DNA of 64,000 nucleotides from Ascidiella aspersa (Eukaryota): positions 17,360,001 through 17,424,000 of the forward strand of contig OZ004615.1 of the NCBI GenBank assembly GCA_963924565.1, in the 5' to 3' direction. Positions 57,963 through 64,000 of this stretch are shown here, piece by piece (the stretch's first letter is position 1; each line of letters starts with the position of its first letter). The translations under genes were made by a program, and so were the position numbers. Below the pieces are notes generated by a model. That model did not search any database and had not been told where the DNA came from. It worked only from the letters and a program-made list of their open reading frames with translations.

Positions 57963-60900
57963 TGATTTCGGTAAAATTGAATTGAAACTGCTAGAGCTGC
58001 TAATGTAAGTTGGTTAGACAAATTTTGCAACATCAAGTACAGAAGCGACTTACGACAACTAACAATTGTTTTTAAAATTTTCACATGTATGCTTGCATCT
58101 CTCACCTAAATGTAGCAACACGTCCCTAAAAAACAAATTGTATATACTCAAACTATAAAATACTATAAATATGCAACACAACGTTCGTAACAACAATAAT
58201 TAATTAATAAACTGACTTCAAAAAAGTTTAAAGTTTAAAGACTATGAACTTGCGTCATATTTGCGCCTTTGTCTGTCCGCGTCTGTGTTACAAACTTTGT
58301 TGTGCAAATTATTGACTGCGTAACTGACAACTAGTGAATGTGCTCACAAAGATGATTGGAAGCGATATAATTAGTCATACAACTGTTTCGCAGAAAATAA
58401 GCATTTTAAGGAAGCGTCCGCTTCTCCGCCATATTTCGCTTTAATTTCCCAAAAAACTAACAAACGGATTTTAGTCTATTAATTATCTTTCTATCTAATT
58501 TAAATTAGACAATGTAACTTAGAGATAAACCTGCTTGCCTTAAAACACTTGTTAGTTTGGTTCACGTAAAACAATTACAATTATTAGTCGTGTTGCTCGA
58601 CAAATATATTCTGTGGCTGGTGCACGTCTAATATCTTAACATCATATTAATTGTGTTTGTTGTTTACGCTGTGCAAAAACTTTTCAATAAAAATTGAACT
58701 TTCACCTAATGTACCAACAACGACAAGATCTTTTGTGGAATCTACAATCTATACTAGGCTTCCTTTCTGCAGTGTGATCGACCCCATCAAATATGCACCA
58801 GGAAAATGTGCACCAGGTTACCGAAATACGATATGACATATTTATGGCTTTGCTGAGTTCTGTACGGTGATATGACGTCGATACAACATTAATTAATCAA
58901 GCCATGTTCGAAGGCAAATACATGGCCGATAGAATCGACGTTCTTTCGGTGGTATTCCCCGAGTGTAGGCGGATATACTGTCTTAGGTTTACTGTTTAGT
59001 TTACTTCTGGCGGATCGGAGGTCAGCGCAAAAAAATAATGTCATATAAATGCGGCAATTAATACAATGGGGTAATTCTGATCAATGCTAACACATACAGT
59101 ATTTCGTGGTTCATATTCGCTAATGTCAGCTGCGTTTAACAATACACAAAATGTGACTGACTGCAAACAAATACATACGCACTTGAAAATTGAAAAATGG
59201 AAACAATTAGTAATAAAAGATTGATAGAATTTCCATGAAGACCGGGTTTTAGGTTAGGGATTTACAAAAGTTAGTTTCTGTGAGTCAAGCTAAACAAAAA
59301 TAAATGATTTCTATACTTTTTTTAAATTTAGCCTTCGATCAAAATATGTCGGATTAAGAAATAACTACGTCCAATTCTTCAATCGGGATTATTTTGTAGT
59401 TCGGTCGTAATCATTAATCAAAATGTCTCATTATTTTCACATTAGGTCACAATGAATTGCCTTAATATACTTTTTGCGATTGAAGAAATTCGTGCCTATT
59501 TTACCCTTGTTTTATAAGAAAATTATCTAAAACTCAGTAATTTGTGCTGCGTTTAACATCCTCATTATTTAGCCCACCTGTCGCAGTAAAAATGATACGC
59601 ATTACAGCTATGAAAACAATTCCAATAAAAGGATCTGGCCGAATCTGTACTTTTCCTTGTTGAAGGCTTTTACAACTAAAGCTTGCTTACACGTATAAAT
59701 AATAAATTGCATAAAGGTAAGGGATGTGTTTTATTTAGCCTTCATGCGTTAAAAGTTGACTAATCACACAAGAGGCCGTCCACCCTCATGCCAGACCATC
59801 ACTGTACCCGCCCGTGCTTTAATTACCGTACGCGAAACTGGGCTCGTAAATACCACGCAAGTGTTCCAAGTACGTGAAAACCCTGTTAAGCCATTGTCGA
59901 CGATGCATTATCCTTCGGCGTCATGTGTGGCTTCCCCAAGACGCTTGTATATTAGATTTTCTTGTCAACCAGAAGACGCCACGCTCACCACACTCGTGCA
60001 TTATTCATATCAAACCTGGCCTTTAATCACCTAACCTAATTCAAAACGACAAGCTTACTTTCGACTTTTAAAGTCTTTGGTGGCAACGTAAAGTTTGCGC
60101 GACTATAAGAATAATTTCAGGGCGCGGGGTAAAACAACAGCAATTGGCATTTTCTTCTTATTTCACCCCAAGTTCCAATAGAAAAGAATCACTTCTCTCA
60201 AGGAACTTGGGCGCCTATAAAACCCGTATCCTAAAAAATTTCAGAGTTGAAAATAAATGTAAATTATAGAGGGTTTCATCGATAATAAATCGTTTTCATC
60301 GATAAATAAGTCATACGTACTCCAATGACACCAATGATCGTAAAGGAGTAATCCAGTGATATCCAAAGACCACTTAAACAGTTAGTAAATACTTAAAATC
60401 AGTAAATTGTATGCTTGGTTTGTTTAGCAATTCTAGCAAACAAATCAATTTATTCCAATTCGGGAATTTCTGGATCTTAGCTTTTGCTTAAATCTAATGT
60501 CCTTTACTTATATTCTCCTTATTAAAGCAGTCATTTTAAAAAGACAAAATGTATAAGGATTTAAAGTATTAGTTATAGTATTACATGCTGTAGGAATGTC
60601 GTTACTTTGTATTTTTTCAGATGCCCTGATCCCAAATTTATATCTGTAAACCAGTATGCAAATTATTAAATGATGTTTTGCGAAACCAATGATTTTTAGT
60701 ATTAGGCAGTTAGTTTACCTTAAGCGCGTACTTGATTGTTAATTTACCAGTTTTGGAGTAAATTATCCTTCTGGCGAAAAAAAACATGGCTGCAATATCC
60801 TCATTTTAGTTTCTTAACGAATCATTAACGACACCATCTAAATAGGCTTCAACCTGATTTTATCGGCCATCCCTATTGTTGATCACGCAAGTTCTACGCA

Positions 60901-63900
60901 AGACTTAACCAGACGGCTTTAAGACTTCGTGAAGTATGAAACAATCAGCGGCCACAACGCGAACAAGACTTACGAACCTGCTATACAAATTCTGGATTTA
61001 AAGTGCCCTATCGCCGGCTCTTTTTATGCTGCCTGAAAACAGCCTACGGAGAAGAAAACAGCCTACTTTTTCTAGTTAAACCTTTTCTGCTTAAAGTTAA
61101 TGCATTTGAGGCCGCTGAAGAACTTTGATGGACTCGGCCGATCGCCAATCGCTCGGAGAATTGCGAAACCCTTGGGACTGAAGACCGCGCGTTGTTACTT
61201 CGTAATGCGGTCTTCAGCTTTTGCAGGGGCTTCGCGTCGATTTATGGATGCCTTGCGGTGCTGTGTAAAAAAACCCTTTCTGGCCGAGGTCAATGCAGAA
61301 AAATAAATCGACCTAGCTTTAATATTTAATGAGACGACCATCTTATGGCGGGTTTATTACTTTACAGTTCGCTTGGTGATTGTGACGTCGTATAAAAATC
61401 ACAAAAAACTTGTTAAAAAGCGTAGCCGTAGAGCTTCAGACTTGCGGTGCTTTCACAGCCTGACAATATACAACGATTAGGCAAAAGTGAAGAGCCGCTA
61501 TTATAGAACAATTGCGAAACAATGAACGAGATTTTTCTGGAAACACCAACCCGGTAGCCTACTAATATAAGTTTCATTTATATTAAAACAGCAAAACTCC
61601 AAAAATGTAAGTGCTTTTCTAACCTATAACCAATATAAAAACCTCAAGGTGTTTGGAGGTCAATAAAACATTAGAGGTCAAGCAAACCAAAAGGGCGTTG
61701 GTAAGGAAATTTATCGGTTCGAATTATTCACGGTTGCTCTAGGCCGGAAGTCGAGACGAAATTCAGCTTTAAGCGTAAACAGAGTTAGGCCCTACTCTTT
61801 ATACCGCATGGGGCTTCTTATCTCCGTAAAAACGGCAACAACAGGGCTGATTAAATTAGTTTGCGCGGCGCCTGTGGGACAGCCATCTTTTCAGCCGGTG
61901 CCAATTGCTTCGCAGGACCTGGAAAACTACAGGGTTCTCAGAATAGTCATGGCTATTAAAGTACCAGTGTGGATGTGGTCCCTATTTATTGTTTCTTGTA
62001 CGCTAGCCTGGTTTTCCAGTGTTGTAAACCAACCACTTTGAAATAACATTAAATCAATGTTTCCCAATCTTCTTCCGCGCCGACCCAAAATCTAAGTGTA
62101 AGAATAACCGCGAAGCTACGGCGAAAAAAGTAAGACGTTACAGCATTAATAAGTTGGAATTTAATTAATTTAAACCATGACTTCGTATCGCTCCGAAATT
62201 TGCCCCAAATTGGCGAAATCGTGCTCAGAACCAATCTAAATTCTAAATAAATCCACTCATGTGAACTATAGCATTTGTCGATCCTATCAAATTGAACAGC
62301 AACCCAATTTTGGGCCCTGGCCAAAAAGTTGAGAAGACTGGTCTAAGTCAAAGCTTTAGCAAAATAATCGTTTCCAAAAAGAAGCAGGAGAAGTCGTGTT
62401 TGAAGTCATTGCCATTGCAAATCAAATCATTTGCATTAAAAACACGTCCAACACTGTTGAATTTGTAGGATTTATTTCAGTCGAAGCAATTCGACCATGT
62501 TAAAAAAAGTGCATCAGATTGTTAAACCAATACCTATACAGTGATATAAGCTTTGGTTAAGCACAATCAATAAAAAAGTCAAGTTGCTAAAATAACTATA
62601 CCATCCAAGTCACGGTTATATTCTAGTTATCCTATATGCAGCAGGTAAAAACGATACTTTGTAGCCGTAGGCTATGTTTTTTACCTCATATACAAAGTAA
62701 ACACACTTCAAAATCAATAATCCAAAATGTGTTTTAGGGCGTCCATATTTTTTTAATTTATTTGTTTTACGAATATTCTATATACATGCATAGGCCTATT
62801 TATTTCATAACTGAACAGACTTTATGTTAACCCAGTTTCTTAGTTTTTTACTAATACGTATTGTCTTTTGTACTGACCCAGAACCATTCCTATATATAAA
62901 AACCTTTGGAAATGGTAATACTCGGCTTAAAAACTTTGAACGTCGATGGCTAATTAATTATTATCGCTATACGTGTTTGAATTTTACGGAAGGTGTTTAC
63001 TGTTGAAATAAGACCACGGGATATACCTGAATTTGTTACGAAGTATCTGGTATTAGTGACAGCAACGAAAATAAAATCGTACATTCACACATACACTGGT
63101 TTTAAAATTGCTTTAAAAAAGACTTACAAACTATTGCTGTCTTAAACACTATCTATCCAGTTTCGCGGGAACTAAACGTCAGGTAGTCCATAGTTTGTTT
63201 TTTATTCGTTCATTCACTAGTCAGTAATGATCGATGCGAGGCTTTCGTAAGCCCGAGTTTGGAAAAATGCTAAAAAAAAACATTTTTTAATGAGGGACAA
63301 AATATCAAAATATGGTGGTATTATTTTCGGTAGAAGTTAGCAGAAAACAAGCTTATCAAATTCATTGTGCGTTTTTTACCACAATAGCCAGAAACTTCTA
63401 ATCACAGTAGTCTTGCTGCGGGCCTAAAAACCAAGGCCTGACTCGGGCGGCAGGTTGCACAACCACGGTTCGTGGAATAATTTCTTAAACAACTAAGCGA
63501 CTTTGGTTATTCGTCAATACAATGAGATGATTAGGTAGCGATTATAGACTGAAAAAACTAAACGCTTTTAAACCAAAAAACGTTTAATCTAGTGAGGATT
63601 ATTGCTCCAATAAAAAAATTTTTTTTTTATATACAATATAGCAGTCTGGCGGGAAAATATTAAGACTTAATCGGTGAAACAATAACTTGTGAAAATTTTA
63701 ACAGGAACTAAAACCAACGAAAACAAACCGAACTACATTTCGTCAAACAATTCATTTAGCATGATTGGATCTTCACCATTTTACGGTCAATAATAAAATT
63801 ATATTAATTATTACTAAAGAACGCACCAGAAGAAGACACGAGGTCAGTACAGCTACTTTTTATTACCAACGGAAACACTGCAAATACTTTTTGCACATTT

Positions 63901-64000
63901 TCGTATTTCATGTATGATTATTGATCAATTAGTCTTTGGCATATGTTTTCTTATATGACTTTTTCCGACAAATCTTACAGATTTAAAGCATTAAAGTAGA

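Noticed and set aside
61178-61217. Hairpin ctgaagaccgc...gcggtcttcag as a hammerhead ribozyme
   Set aside because: CUGAnGA is present, but no GAAA follows stem II on either strand; just an 11-bp inverted repeat.

Overview
AT-rich, intron-containing animal genomic DNA. Gene content, intron sizes and repeat types suggest an invertebrate chordate, probably an ascidian (inference only). Five host genes were reconstructed by hand from splice sites and reading frame: (1) the 5' six coding exons of a classical dynamin (- strand, runs off the left edge); (2) a 9-exon CYP2-clan cytochrome P450 (485 aa, one GC-AG intron); (3) a 7-exon lipoyl synthase, LIAS (376 aa); (4) a 20-exon SREBP (1152 aa) with a perfect miR-33 hairpin in intron 17 and an SRE + CCAAT + CRE-like module upstream; (5) a 2-exon orphan 7-TM, GPCR-like gene (- strand, 357 aa). 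Mobile DNA is abundant. A complete 6,481-bp P-element/THAP9-type transposon (35-bp perfect TIRs, 8-bp TSD) sits just upstream of dynamin; its transposase has two frameshifts and has lost two of three catalytic residues. A 2.37-kb hATm-like fold-back element, apparently built from two 3' ends and carrying a LINE fragment, ends 177 bp upstream of the CYP start. There are also about a dozen hAT MITEs with readable TSDs and three LINE fragments. No CRISPR, rRNA or intact tRNA was seen. All coordinates were counted by eye, and no database searches were run.
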